Positions 45,044-54,209 of a stretch of 64,000 nt of DNA are shown piece by piece. How positions within the stretch are numbered: the first letter of the stretch is position 1; every line of letters begins with the position of its first letter. The position numbers were made by a program, and so were the translations under genes. The notes under the pieces were generated by a model. It worked only from the letters and a program-made list of their open reading frames with translations, searched no databases and was not told the origin of the DNA. Source of the DNA: a virus. Where the stretch lies: IMG/VR virus record IMGVR_UViG_3300045988_181536, positions 32,001 through 96,000 of that record; one strand, given 5' to 3'.

Positions 45044-46931
45044 TATTTCGCATATCCCTGCCGTATTTGAAATAGTTTCGGAAAAGCTCCATGCCTACTT
45101 CGTCTTCAAATAAAGACTCACCTAATATAAGCTTTGCCAGTATAGTGGCATAGTTTACCGCATGTAACATGTCATCTGTTTTGGTTCCTGGTTTTGTATA
45201 TAAAAATCCCGTTACACCTTGCTGAGTTTCCCAGGGTACACGAGTTAAAACCAAGAAATCTTTTAAATATTCCATCGAATGTTCCCACCTAGGTGCACGT
45301 ATACGGCTGTTTTTTATGTCCATAAATAAGGTCGTAATGCTGTCAGTGCGGTGCAAGGAATACAAATTAAACATTTCGGACTTTTTCGGTATGGAGAGAA
45401 ATGTGCCTGTAGGTTTATATTTGAACATTATAACCTTTAAAGGATCCATAAGTTTTTTAATTTCATTTGCGTATACAGCGCCTCCACCATAGTCATTTGC
45501 TAAAGCATAACCTCCGAATTTATGATGATCATTAGCAATGCAATGGGTTATGTCATCATAATCCATGCCTGCATATTTCTTCATGTGAATAATATCAAAT
45601 TTTTTATCCGGAGTAACACCAATAATACAGTGTGCAGTATATGAAGCTTTGGAGCGTGATGCAGGATTATAATCAGATCCACCCCAGTCACAGCCGGAAA
45701 CTTTAAAAATATATTTAGGAGGTACGGCAGAAATTGCTTGTTTTTGCACGTCGTGTATGTCGCCTAAAATGCATATATTCTGCAAATCTCTGGTTGTTAA
45801 TTCTTTGGTTCCGGATTCCGTGGCTTCGCCCAGATACTCTTCCAAGAAAGATTTTTTATCTGAAGATTGGGAAGCTTTATAGATATCCAAATATATGGAT
45901 TGTTTTTCAGTATTTGCAGGAACGATAATCTGCGGAATATGGAATCCCCATAGTCCATACTTTAACATTTCCGGCGCTTCGAAATCCCAACAACCATCAC
46001 GGACATTTAAGACACGTCCGCATTTTAAACAACATAATCCCTTGGGTTGAATCATATCTAAAACATTATGATTTAAGTCGGGATAATTGTCAAAGTGGCA
46101 AGCAGGACATGTCATGCGCCAAAGCCCCCTCGAAGATTCTAACCAACGTTGTTCTAAGGGAGTATCAACTGATTTAGATGTGCCGCCATATACTACTGAT
46201 CTAAATTCGGAACGAGACTGGGTGGACTTAATAACACGCTCTAATGTATCATCAAAATCTTGATATTCGTCAAAATTTATCCAATCGAAAGTAGGTGAAC
46301 GCATTTTCGACGCATCGGAAAGAACATAATACATTCTATGCAAAGACATACGCGCTTTGCCGTGATCGTATTCTTTATAATAAAGATTTGTTTTAAACTT
46401 TGGATTGCGTTTATTGGGTTGAAATCTATAAGCCTGCTCAATTTCTTTGGATTTATATCCCAATGTTCTTAACTGATCCATTCGGGGCACAATCGTCGCA
46501 ATTCTTAAACCGGGAATAATACGACAATATAAATCGGCAGCCAACAGCATATTAGTGGTATTATGGCTTAAAATACCATTAGTAAAATAAGTATGAGAAG
46601 TGTCATTTTTTAATGTCACGTCATACATGGGAACTGCAGGACTATTTTGTTTATCTACAGAGATGATCTTGGAAATACCCTCTTTCGTTATCACCGATTC
46701 ATCCAGAGAATCCTTAGCATGAATCATTTGTCCATCCTTGGAAATAATCCCGTGTGTATCTGCGCAATTTAATGTCTTGTTGTTGGCCGTCTTAATTTGC
46801 CAGACATCAAAAGGTATCGTTTTATGAATAATATCAATATCTTCCCAGCCGTTCGACGTTTCTATCTGCCAATCTTCAATGGCATAACTTTCGGTAAATT
46901 TGGGATTTAAGGATTCAACTTTCTTGGACAT
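45006..46931 (-). CDS. terL: terminase large subunit, C-terminal portion (post-P-loop ATPase plus nuclease) preceded by an intein C-terminal (Hint) fragment
   Basis: ATG at 46931; the track start at 47045 is TTG followed by hydrophobic junk. Intein block B NCADTHGIISKDGQMIHAKDSL, block F/G MYDVTLKNDTSHTYFTNGILSHN|T. The extein starts exactly where T4 gp17 resumes after GK of SRQLGKTT (TNMLLAADLYCRII ~ TVVAIFLAHFVCF). Walker B WINFDEYQDF. Motif III YGGTSKS. Nuclease motifs VSGCDWGGSDY...HCIIGV and TKTDDMLHAVNYA. Confidence 0.7.
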   Translation of the reverse strand: MSKKVESLNPKFTESYAIEDWQIETSNGWEDIDIIHKTIPFDVWQIKTANNKTLNCADTHGIISKDGQMIHAKDSLDESVITKEGISKIISVDKQNSPAVPMYDVTLKNDTSHTYFTNGILSHNTTNMLLAADLYCRIIPGLRIATIVPRMDQLRTLGYKSKEIEQAYRFQPNKRNPKFKTNLYYKEYDHGKARMSLHRMYYVLSDASKMRSPTFDWINFDEYQDFDDTLERVIKSTQSRSEFRSVVYGGTSKSVDTPLEQRWLESSRGLWRMTCPACHFDNYPDLNHNVLDMIQPKGLCCLKCGRVLNVRDGCWDFEAPEMLKYGLWGFHIPQIIVPANTEKQSIYLDIYKASQSSDKKSFLEEYLGEATESGTKELTTRDLQNICILGDIHDVQKQAISAVPPKYIFKVSGCDWGGSDYNPASRSKASYTAHCIIGVTPDKKFDIIHMKKYAGMDYDDITHCIANDHHKFGGYALANDYGGGAVYANEIKKLMDPLKVIMFKYKPTGTFLSIPKKSEMFNLYSLHRTDSITTLFMDIKNSRIRAPRWEHSMEYLKDFLVLTRVPWETQQGVTGFLYTKPGTKTDDMLHAVNYATILAKLILGESLFEDEVGMELFRNYFKYGRDMRNIIRNRNTTVASV

Positions 46932-47004
46932 TTGTGAGTAATACAATATTAAGACTATATTATACGCAAGAAAAATTTCAAACTTAAAAATAGAAAGGAA
47001 AATT

Positions 47005-47787
47005 ATGCCAAATTGGGCGAATACAAATATAATCTTTTTCAGCAACGATGAAAAACAATTACAAGAATTATATAGCGTGATTTTTTATCGTGCGCCTAAT
47101 GCTTATGTGGAGGATATAAAACCGCTTTTAAATTCTAATTCTATAGGGAGCGGGTGGCTTGGTGCAATTCTTTACGAGTTAAAAGAAATTACTTTAGAAC
47201 AAATCGATAAGGACAATATTCCCGCAGATTTGCATTGCAGGGGTTGGGTGGAATTTGGTATTGACAGTGAACTTGTTCCAGAAAGAATCCCTAATCCTTA
47301 TTTGCAAAAGGATAAGCCAAGTTGGAGATTTGAAATTTTTACATATGATGCTTGGGAACCCAACATGAAAATGTGGGATTATATTATCAAAAAGCATTTT
47401 CCTGATGTGAAATTTGTTTATCGTAGCGAAGAAGGCGGTAATGGATTTTATGTAAATTCTGACTACCTACGTTTCTATTTTGACGAAGAATATATAGTTG
47501 ATTTAACCATCGATTTCGATAATTGTTCAGAATCAATCAAGAATATTTTTAAACCCGATGGTTCAACAGGAACCTGTGATTATTGTGAATATTTTGAATA
47601 TTATAATTTTCACGATTTTTGCAATTTCTTGAAGAGAAATTTTCGAGATGTTGGAGAAATCACAACCAAAGAAGATGCAGAGAAAGAAATCAAAAGAATA
47701 ACTGATGCTTTTGCAGCAGAGGATAATTCTGATTCTTGGTGCTACATTAACACATTTGACACTCCTGAAATTAGGTATGGACTCTGA
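47005..47787 (+). CDS. MPNW-start hypothetical protein (paralog 1)
   Basis: 260 aa. Preceded by the 34-bp leader ttaaaaatagaaaggaaaattatgccaaattggg, identical to the one at 48265. Confidence 0.45.
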   Translation: MPNWANTNIIFFSNDEKQLQELYSVIFYRAPNAYVEDIKPLLNSNSIGSGWLGAILYELKEITLEQIDKDNIPADLHCRGWVEFGIDSELVPERIPNPYLQKDKPSWRFEIFTYDAWEPNMKMWDYIIKKHFPDVKFVYRSEEGGNGFYVNSDYLRFYFDEEYIVDLTIDFDNCSESIKNIFKPDGSTGTCDYCEYFEYYNFHDFCNFLKRNFRDVGEITTKEDAEKEIKRITDAFAAEDNSDSWCYINTFDTPEIRYGL

Positions 47788-48268
47788 AAAAATAAACAAC
47801 GAAGAAATTATTAGTAAAGAACAATGGTTTGGTACTACCATAGATCCGAACCAAATAAATGATTATGCAATTTTTTATAAAGGCAAGTGGATATCTCTGG
47901 AAAACAAAGAACACTCAGAGAGATTCGAAGCTTTACGTGAAACTGCAGTTTATTATCCGGATATTTACAAATATAAATACAGAGGAGATTTAAAGTTTTT
48001 ATTTACGACTTACACATACCCCGACTTGGATAAGGATACTTTAGTATCCGAACAATGTCTAAGGCGAGGTGTTGCAGGGTATTATGAAGCAAAGGAACAA
48101 ACAATTTATTTTGTTCCTGGATATAGAACGTATGAAGAACAAGATCTGCATACGTATGTTCCGGGACCTAAAATACTTACCTTCAAATGCGATAGAATTA
48201 TAGATGGCTATTTAGCTGTAAAAATGATTAATGAAGATTGGGTAGAAAATTCGCAAGACGTTTTTTAA
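47777..48268 (+). CDS. hypothetical protein
   Basis: Start moved to the ATGGACTCTGA overlap with the upstream stop (MDSEKINNEEI...). Confidence 0.4.
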   Translation: MDSEKINNEEIISKEQWFGTTIDPNQINDYAIFYKGKWISLENKEHSERFEALRETAVYYPDIYKYKYRGDLKFLFTTYTYPDLDKDTLVSEQCLRRGVAGYYEAKEQTIYFVPGYRTYEEQDLHTYVPGPKILTFKCDRIIDGYLAVKMINEDWVENSQDVF

Positions 48269-48285
48269 AAATAGAAAGGAAAATT

Positions 48286-49074
48286 ATGCCAAATTGGGTA
48301 CGTAATCAAATTATTTTTAAAACTAAAGAAGATTTAAATAAAGCGCTTGAACTTTGTGGAATTGACACAAATCTGCAGAAAAAGGAGCATAAAATGGATT
48401 TTGGAGTGTTGGTTCCCATGCCAAAAATACTCGATCATCAATCCATTTATTACAACTCGACGCTCTATCCTCCGTTGCTTATAAATCCCGACTGGAATAG
48501 TGCCGTTGAAAAGTTTTGCGAAAGTGGATCTATCAATAAAGATTCAGACGAAGTAATCCCTGCGTTTATAGAATATTTAAAGAAGAGTGACAGCCCGTGT
48601 AAGGCAGAATCATTTACGGATTCACAACAGCAAGAAATTATTGAAGCTGTTTGCAAAAAGTTATGTGATGGATATAAAGATTGGTACGATTGGTCTATTG
48701 CCAAATGGGGATGCAAGTGGAATGCCAATTTGGTTGCAGTAACCGATTATTCAATAGTCTTCGACACTCCTTGGAGTTGCCCCGAACCTTGGATACGCGC
48801 GTTTGCAAGCGCTGATCCAAACTTAGACTTTTACGTCGCATGGGCGGATGAAGATATTTTTGGAGGTTTTTCGGGAATATTACAACGCCTGGAAGTAAAT
48901 GAACTTCCGGAAGATGCATCTGTAAACATTGATTTTGATAGCGACCTTATGGGGTCAATGTTTAGCGACGCCTTGTGGGATGGCTGGAACCAAATGTCTC
49001 CCAGCTTTGAAGGATGGTGGACAGGAGCTTTTCCGGAGGATTCAGACTTTTCTTGGCAAAAATGGGAATACTAA
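48286..49074 (+). CDS. MPNW-start hypothetical protein (paralog 2)
   Basis: Start placed at the second Met (MPNWVRNQIIF) behind the repeated agaaaggaaaatt leader. Confidence 0.45.
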   Translation: MPNWVRNQIIFKTKEDLNKALELCGIDTNLQKKEHKMDFGVLVPMPKILDHQSIYYNSTLYPPLLINPDWNSAVEKFCESGSINKDSDEVIPAFIEYLKKSDSPCKAESFTDSQQQEIIEAVCKKLCDGYKDWYDWSIAKWGCKWNANLVAVTDYSIVFDTPWSCPEPWIRAFASADPNLDFYVAWADEDIFGGFSGILQRLEVNELPEDASVNIDFDSDLMGSMFSDALWDGWNQMSPSFEGWWTGAFPEDSDFSWQKWEY

Positions 49075-49131
49075 ATTTAACTGTATTAGACAATATAAAA
49101 AATTATAAACAATAATAGAAAGGACCCTTAT

Positions 49132-50007
49132 ATGAAAAACAATAAAAACTATATAGTTCTTAGAGTAGAAGACAATCGCGTAATTAATTACGGGTTTGAC
49201 TACACGGATTATTTGCCACAGGGTAACAAGCCTGGAAAGTGGACTCCCAAGATTCCGGCTGCAAAAATCGAAGACTCACACTATAAAGTTTCTACCAACT
49301 GGATTTTTGCCTTATACGGTGAAATAATCGAGGAAGCGAGAATATTCGAAGTAGAAGTTAAGGGTAAAACTCGCATTGAACATGTTGCTGGAACCTCGCC
49401 TGAAATATTGTGTCAAACGATAAGGCTGGTCAAAGAAATTACTAAAACCTGTAAACGCAGGATAAAGTATTATGAAGACCGTGCTTTAGATAACCTACCC
49501 CCGCGTCCCAATTACAATATTGGATACCAAAATAGTCAGGGACCAAATGTGGGAAATCTTAACACCGGAACACGCAATAAAGGAGATTGCAATACCGGTC
49601 ACGGTAATATCGGAAATTATAATACCGGGGGTGCTAACGTGGGGCACGGAAACAGTGGATCATATAACATCGGCATCGAAAATACGGGAGACGGGAACAG
49701 AGGTAACTACAACACTGGTTTCTTTAATATAGGGGACCGTAACTGTGGTTGCTTCAATACCATATCTCCTAAATGTTATTTCTTTAATAAAGAAACAGAC
49801 GTAGATCCTCGTCGTATTCCTTGGCCTCTTTGGATTCTGAGGGTAAAATATCCTGAAAAGGAGATGTTTAAACTCGCATTCGATAGGGCTACAGTTAACG
49901 ACGTGCGTCTAACACTTGAGTTGCCAAACTTTGACTATCAAATCTTTGAGGAGATAACCGGCATATCCAAGGCAGATTTCAACAGAAAGCTGCGGAACAA
50001 CAAATAG
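49132..50007 (+). CDS. protein with tandem NTG-x2-N-x-G-x2 decapeptide repeats
   Basis: Central region NTGTRNKGDC NTGHGNIGNY NTGGANVGHG NSGSYNIGIE NTGDGNRGNY NTGFFNIGDR NCGCFNT, seven 10-residue repeats. SD agaaaggacccttatATG. Confidence 0.5.
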   Translation: MKNNKNYIVLRVEDNRVINYGFDYTDYLPQGNKPGKWTPKIPAAKIEDSHYKVSTNWIFALYGEIIEEARIFEVEVKGKTRIEHVAGTSPEILCQTIRLVKEITKTCKRRIKYYEDRALDNLPPRPNYNIGYQNSQGPNVGNLNTGTRNKGDCNTGHGNIGNYNTGGANVGHGNSGSYNIGIENTGDGNRGNYNTGFFNIGDRNCGCFNTISPKCYFFNKETDVDPRRIPWPLWILRVKYPEKEMFKLAFDRATVNDVRLTLELPNFDYQIFEEITGISKADFNRKLRNNK

Positions 50008-50027
50008 TATAAAAGAAAGGACAATGT

Positions 50028-50459
50028 ATGTCACAATGGACACATGTAGCTGGAGTAATTAGGATCGACGCCCTAAGGGACGGCGACGAAAGAGATATAC
50101 AGCAAGAGGAAGCTTTAAAGGGATTATTTCGTACTTGGTCTTATGGAGATCGTAATTCTAAAAGATCCAAGTGCAATGTTCCCTCTGGATCCGAGGGTTC
50201 TCTTCATGTAAAGATTGTCCCTGGGGAGGAACATTCCTTAGCTGCATATGCTGTATTGCTATGGGGAGACTTGCGAGATTTTGGGGACGCTGAAGATATT
50301 AAAAATCTGAAAAAGTGGTGGAAAAATTTAATCGACAAATTTGAACGCCCTGATCTTGCACCTCCTGAAATTAAAAATTGTTACCTCATGGGAATTAGGC
50401 AAGCTTGCCTAAAAATCGAAGTAGAGGGTACAGCTAAACCTATTATTTTAGGTAAATAA
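50028..50459 (+). CDS. hypothetical protein
   Basis: 143 aa. SD aaagaaaggacaatgtATG. Confidence 0.45.
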   Translation: MSQWTHVAGVIRIDALRDGDERDIQQEEALKGLFRTWSYGDRNSKRSKCNVPSGSEGSLHVKIVPGEEHSLAAYAVLLWGDLRDFGDAEDIKNLKKWWKNLIDKFERPDLAPPEIKNCYLMGIRQACLKIEVEGTAKPIILGK

Positions 50460-50491
50460 TGCTGGAACCCTTGTGTGTCTAATAACACTTA

Positions 50492-50612
50492 CATACCCAG
50501 TTGTTAAGTATATCTTAAGAACTGGGTGTAAAATAATGATATATAGCAACATAGAAAGTTCTGACCTATGAAGTTGATATGTCAACTACGCACCAAATGA
50601 ACTGGTGAGTTT
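50492..50612. mobile_element. IS605-family-like solo end / miniature palindromic element
   Basis: tgtcaactacgcaccaaatgaactggtgagttttctg closely matches the tnpB-element end tgtcaactactcaccagatgaactagtgag. The gttttctg tail matches ggtaagttttctgg at the other IS end. An additional hairpin catacccagtt...aactgggtgta lies just upstream. Confidence 0.4.
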
Positions 50613-50644
50613 TCTGAATTAAACAATATAAAAAGTTTGAACCT

Positions 50645-51004
50645 ATGGAGAAAGATAAAAACTACAGGCATAAGGATGTTACACCTTCCCAAAAGCAATA
50701 CATACGAGTTGGAGAGCTTCCTCCAGATGGAAAATCAAAAATTCGTTGTCGTGCCGATAATAGTATAATCGGAGAAGAGGAAGGGGTATCGGTCTTTGAA
50801 TATATCGAAGGACGAGGAATAGTAGTTCCTAATAATCAACAAGCACGCGATGATTTTTTAATACTTATGAACAGTATTGATAAACCTCAATATATCGTAA
50901 TAGGCGAGGAGATTGGGGTAGGAAGTGATGGGGAACCACTTTTAAGAGATGTCAAAATTATAAAAGTATTAAAAGAAGCAAACCAAAATTATCAAAATAG
51001 CTAA
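50645..51004 (+). CDS. hypothetical protein
   Basis: 119 aa. Confidence 0.4.
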   Translation: MEKDKNYRHKDVTPSQKQYIRVGELPPDGKSKIRCRADNSIIGEEEGVSVFEYIEGRGIVVPNNQQARDDFLILMNSIDKPQYIVIGEEIGVGSDGEPLLRDVKIIKVLKEANQNYQNS

Positions 51005-51083
51005 GTTTCTTTCATTTGAAAATGCAACCTAAGTTAAATTATTAACAAACAATAACTTCTTACTTTATTAGAAAAATGCACAC

Positions 51084-51572
51084 ATGAAAGACAGACCAAT
51101 ATTATTTTCATCCCCTATGGTAAGGGCGATTTTAGATGGCAAGAAAACGATGACGAGACGTATCTACAAGACGTGCTTTGATTCTTGGCAAGTCGGAGAC
51201 AGACTATGGGTTAAGGAGACATATCTCATTGCCCAAGATGATTCCATCAATACAAAAATTATATATGCAGCCACAGACCCTAACCTAATGGGGATAGGAT
51301 TTAATTATTCTGTGAAATGCTCAAGCAAGACACAGCTTCCAATATGGAAGCCATCAATCTTTATGCCTCGCAAGTATTCTCGTATTATGCTTGAAATTAC
51401 GGATATTAAACGCGAGCTGTTGCGAGATATATCGGAAGATGATGCCAAGCGGGAAGGCTTTGAAAATAGGCAGGAATTTATAGATTACTTTGAAGAAATT
51501 AACCCTGTGCTAAAGGAGCAAAATCCCGAGGTAGTAGCAATTGGATTTAAAGTTTTGGAGGTGAAGAGATGA
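51084..51572 (+). CDS. ASCH-domain protein (PUA-like fold)
   Basis: PMVRAILDGKKTMTRR near the N-terminus matches the ASCH signature (xMVxAILxGxKTxTRR). Confidence 0.5.
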   Translation: MKDRPILFSSPMVRAILDGKKTMTRRIYKTCFDSWQVGDRLWVKETYLIAQDDSINTKIIYAATDPNLMGIGFNYSVKCSSKTQLPIWKPSIFMPRKYSRIMLEITDIKRELLRDISEDDAKREGFENRQEFIDYFEEINPVLKEQNPEVVAIGFKVLEVKR

Positions 51573-51769
51573 GTTATAAAGATAAAACCTTCTGCCCAAA
51601 GGCAGACAAAAACAATTCTAAATGTATTCAATGTGATCGATTTTTCGATGAGAATGAATACAATAAATTCTGCATAAAGGCGGGATTTGAAATACCAGTT
51701 GCTTGGTTTTTGGAACCGCCTTGTGAAAAAGAAAATAAAAAAAGGAAAAAGGATAAAGATGAAAGATAA
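51569..51769 (+). CDS. small Cys-rich protein
   Basis: 66 aa with CPKAD...CIQCD...C...C. Possible zinc ribbon. Confidence 0.3.
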   Translation: MSYKDKTFCPKADKNNSKCIQCDRFFDENEYNKFCIKAGFEIPVAWFLEPPCEKENKKRKKDKDER

Positions 51770-52106
51770 AAACGGTATCGAAATTAAGTGTAAGAACTGT
51801 GCGAACTATGGAACGTATCTCTTCATGCCTTGCTTGCTTTGTTTACGAAAAAATGCAGGATTTAAGCCGACAGTAGAATCTTACGAAGCCCACATTGCGG
51901 AGTTGCAAAAGGAGCTGAATATCGTCCAAGAGTCCGAACACGCGGAAGCGCAAGAGGCGGATAGGCTTCGCGGGGAAGTCAAAGAGCTGAAGGCACACAA
52001 TGAGGTGCTTCAAAAGAGAGTGCAGGAGTTTTCAATGGAGCTTCTCGAATATAATATGAAGGAGAACAGGGACGTTTTGGAACGCCTTAAAGAGTGGAAA
52101 GAATGA
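51759..52106 (+). CDS. Cys-cluster plus coiled-coil protein
   Basis: Start moved to aaaggataaagATG (MKDKNGIEIKCKNCANYG...). C-terminal heptad coiled coil ending MELLEYNMKENRDVLERLKEWKE, a module repeated at 54622. Confidence 0.4.
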   Translation: MKDKNGIEIKCKNCANYGTYLFMPCLLCLRKNAGFKPTVESYEAHIAELQKELNIVQESEHAEAQEADRLRGEVKELKAHNEVLQKRVQEFSMELLEYNMKENRDVLERLKEWKE

Positions 52107-52163
52107 ATTATTAAGTAATACTTAACAGCTGAAGTAAGTTAATAAAAATAATATATTTAAAAA

Positions 52164-52394
52164 TTGAAATCAGTGAAACTAAGTCAACAGAAACTACTCC
52201 ATTATATGCAGGAAAAGCCTAAGAGGGACTTTTTTACTGACAAAATTATTGAAATTGTAGAGCCAAAAAATGCAGAAGATTTCATTATAGTAGGACAACT
52301 TCTGAAGTGTATTAAAACAACTCGTTATAGCGTTGGTTCCGGAAAGATTGAGGCAATCACAAACGACAAAATCAAAAGAAAGGATAAACAATGA
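52164..52394 (+). CDS. hypothetical small protein
   Basis: 76 aa. Confidence 0.3.
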   Translation: MKSVKLSQQKLLHYMQEKPKRDFFTDKIIEIVEPKNAEDFIIVGQLLKCIKTTRYSVGSGKIEAITNDKIKRKDKQ

Positions 52395-53080
52395 AAGAAA
52401 AAAGAATAGATTCCCACAAGCTAGACAAAATTTTACATCAGCATAGCCTTTGGTTGTCAGAGAAAGGCCGAAGAGGTAAACGTGCTTATTTGGCTCATTC
52501 AGATCTTAGTGGGTTGGATTTAAGCGGTGCTAATTTACAATACGCACATTTATACGGTGCAAATCTAAATGATACAAATCTTAGTAAAGCATTTCTTGAT
52601 AAAGCGGATCTAACTTTTGCAAACTTAAAGAAGGCCTTTCTTTATCATACTAATTTATCATGGTCCAATCTCCAAGGTGCAAACCTTGAAGATGCGACAT
52701 TAAGTGACGCAATTCTTTATGCTGCAAATTTGTGTGACGCGAAACTTCAGTGCGCAGACTTAAGAGACGCAGATCTTCGTTTTGCAAATTTAAACCACGC
52801 GAACCTATATCATGCACAGCTGGAAGATGCTCTTCTTAAAGGTGCAGACCTGAGTGAGGCTAAGACTGATGATAGAATACTTTGTCTTGATCGAATTGGT
52901 TCCTCCAAGCGGCGAACAACTTACAACATCACAAAAGATATTGTATGGTGTGGTTGCTTTACGGGAACCTTTAAAGAATGGATATCACGAATCCGTGAAA
53001 CTTATCCTGATAAGAATAGTATTTGTAGAAAGGAATACGAAGCAGCGATAGCTTATTTTAGAGCTATCGCGAAAGACTAA
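52391..53080 (+). CDS. pentapeptide-repeat protein (Qnr/MfpA-like fold)
   Basis: About 25 consecutive A(D/N)LxX pentapeptides (DLSGLDLSGANLQYAHLYGANLNDTNLSKAFLDKADLTFANLKKAFLYHTNLSWSNLQGANLEDATLSDAILYAANL...). C-terminal ~70-aa non-repeat domain. Confidence 0.8.
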   Translation: MKEKRIDSHKLDKILHQHSLWLSEKGRRGKRAYLAHSDLSGLDLSGANLQYAHLYGANLNDTNLSKAFLDKADLTFANLKKAFLYHTNLSWSNLQGANLEDATLSDAILYAANLCDAKLQCADLRDADLRFANLNHANLYHAQLEDALLKGADLSEAKTDDRILCLDRIGSSKRRTTYNITKDIVWCGCFTGTFKEWISRIRETYPDKNSICRKEYEAAIAYFRAIAKD

Positions 53081-53107
53081 CCAGCCAACTTCCAACTTTG
53101 TATAATT

Positions 53108-53656
53108 ATGAAAATACAAATTCGACAAAATATTTTTGAGACTAACAGTTCATCTTCCCATTCTATCACAATAACTGAAAAGAATGGGGAATTTTCTGAA
53201 CAATTTAAATCACGGTTTTTGTATGAATGGAATCCCGGTGTTATTCCCCACAGAACAGATTATTGTAAAGGTGCGGATAGGTTAGATTATTTTAAATACA
53301 AACCGAAAAGTTATTATTGCGAATCCAATGAAACGTATCACTTATATGGTGGTCAATTTGGCTTGGATTGGTTTTGTTGCGACACGTTTGACGCAAAAGT
53401 TGAATACCTATACACTTGGATGCATTCGGTATCTACAACATTCTATAAAGATAACCTATTTGACTGTATAGCAAAACATTATAACATTTCTGTGGAAAAT
53501 ATTGAAGAGGAAACAATCGATCCCAATTCAATATGGGTAGATCATGCTAGTGCTACCTGGGATTTACTGAAGGGCTACTACAGTGGGGATGATCGTATTT
53601 CTTATATTCTTGAAAATCCAAATGTGTTAATATTAGGAGGCAACGATGATGGGTAA
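53108..53656 (+). CDS. hypothetical protein
   Basis: 182 aa. Confidence 0.4.
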   Translation: MKIQIRQNIFETNSSSSHSITITEKNGEFSEQFKSRFLYEWNPGVIPHRTDYCKGADRLDYFKYKPKSYYCESNETYHLYGGQFGLDWFCCDTFDAKVEYLYTWMHSVSTTFYKDNLFDCIAKHYNISVENIEEETIDPNSIWVDHASATWDLLKGYYSGDDRISYILENPNVLILGGNDDG

Positions 53657-53709
53657 AAAGCTTAAACAAATAATCAAGAACACTTTAACAATATTCTTAA
53701 AACCGCCTT

Positions 53710-54156
53710 GTGAAGAAGAAAGGACTAACAATGAGAAATAGCATAGATGTTTCGCAATTAGAACATCTTCGAGACGGAATATATCGCGCATTTGAAGGAG
53801 AGATATACGGCTATCCCGTTTGCATTATCACCACAAAAAGTCTACCTGAATTTGATATGGGAGACTACTATTGTGGCTATGTAGGAGTCCCGCCTTCTCA
53901 TCCACTGTATCAAATAGGCTATATGGATAATATTATGGCGCAAGTAGATAACGATGCTGAAGTTAATGGCGGGCTTACATATAGCAGAATGGCAGACAGT
54001 TGGAGGACTACGAAAGACGAGTTTAAAGACTATTGGTTCTTCGGCTTCGATTGTGCACATTATTGGAACGAGGAGCATCCCTGCTCTTTTGAAGATGTTA
54101 AAGCCGATTGCGAAGGTTTGGCTTTGGCTTTAAAGAATTATAGAAAAGACCAATAA
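53710..54156 (+). CDS. hypothetical protein
   Basis: 148 aa. Confidence 0.4.
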   Translation: MKKKGLTMRNSIDVSQLEHLRDGIYRAFEGEIYGYPVCIITTKSLPEFDMGDYYCGYVGVPPSHPLYQIGYMDNIMAQVDNDAEVNGGLTYSRMADSWRTTKDEFKDYWFFGFDCAHYWNEEHPCSFEDVKADCEGLALALKNYRKDQ

Positions 54157-54209
54157 AGTTGCACTTTTTAGTTAAAAATTATAATAAAAAATTATAAAAA
54201 GGAATAACA

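Noticed and set aside
46932-47045. N-terminal 38 codons of the track ORF for the terminase (MLKKIIFVFAQFGIIFLSIF..., starting at a TTG)
   Set aside because: The segment is uniformly hydrophobic with low complexity and is initiated from TTG. A proper ATG at 46931 immediately precedes the intein-like region. The upstream segment is likely non-coding.
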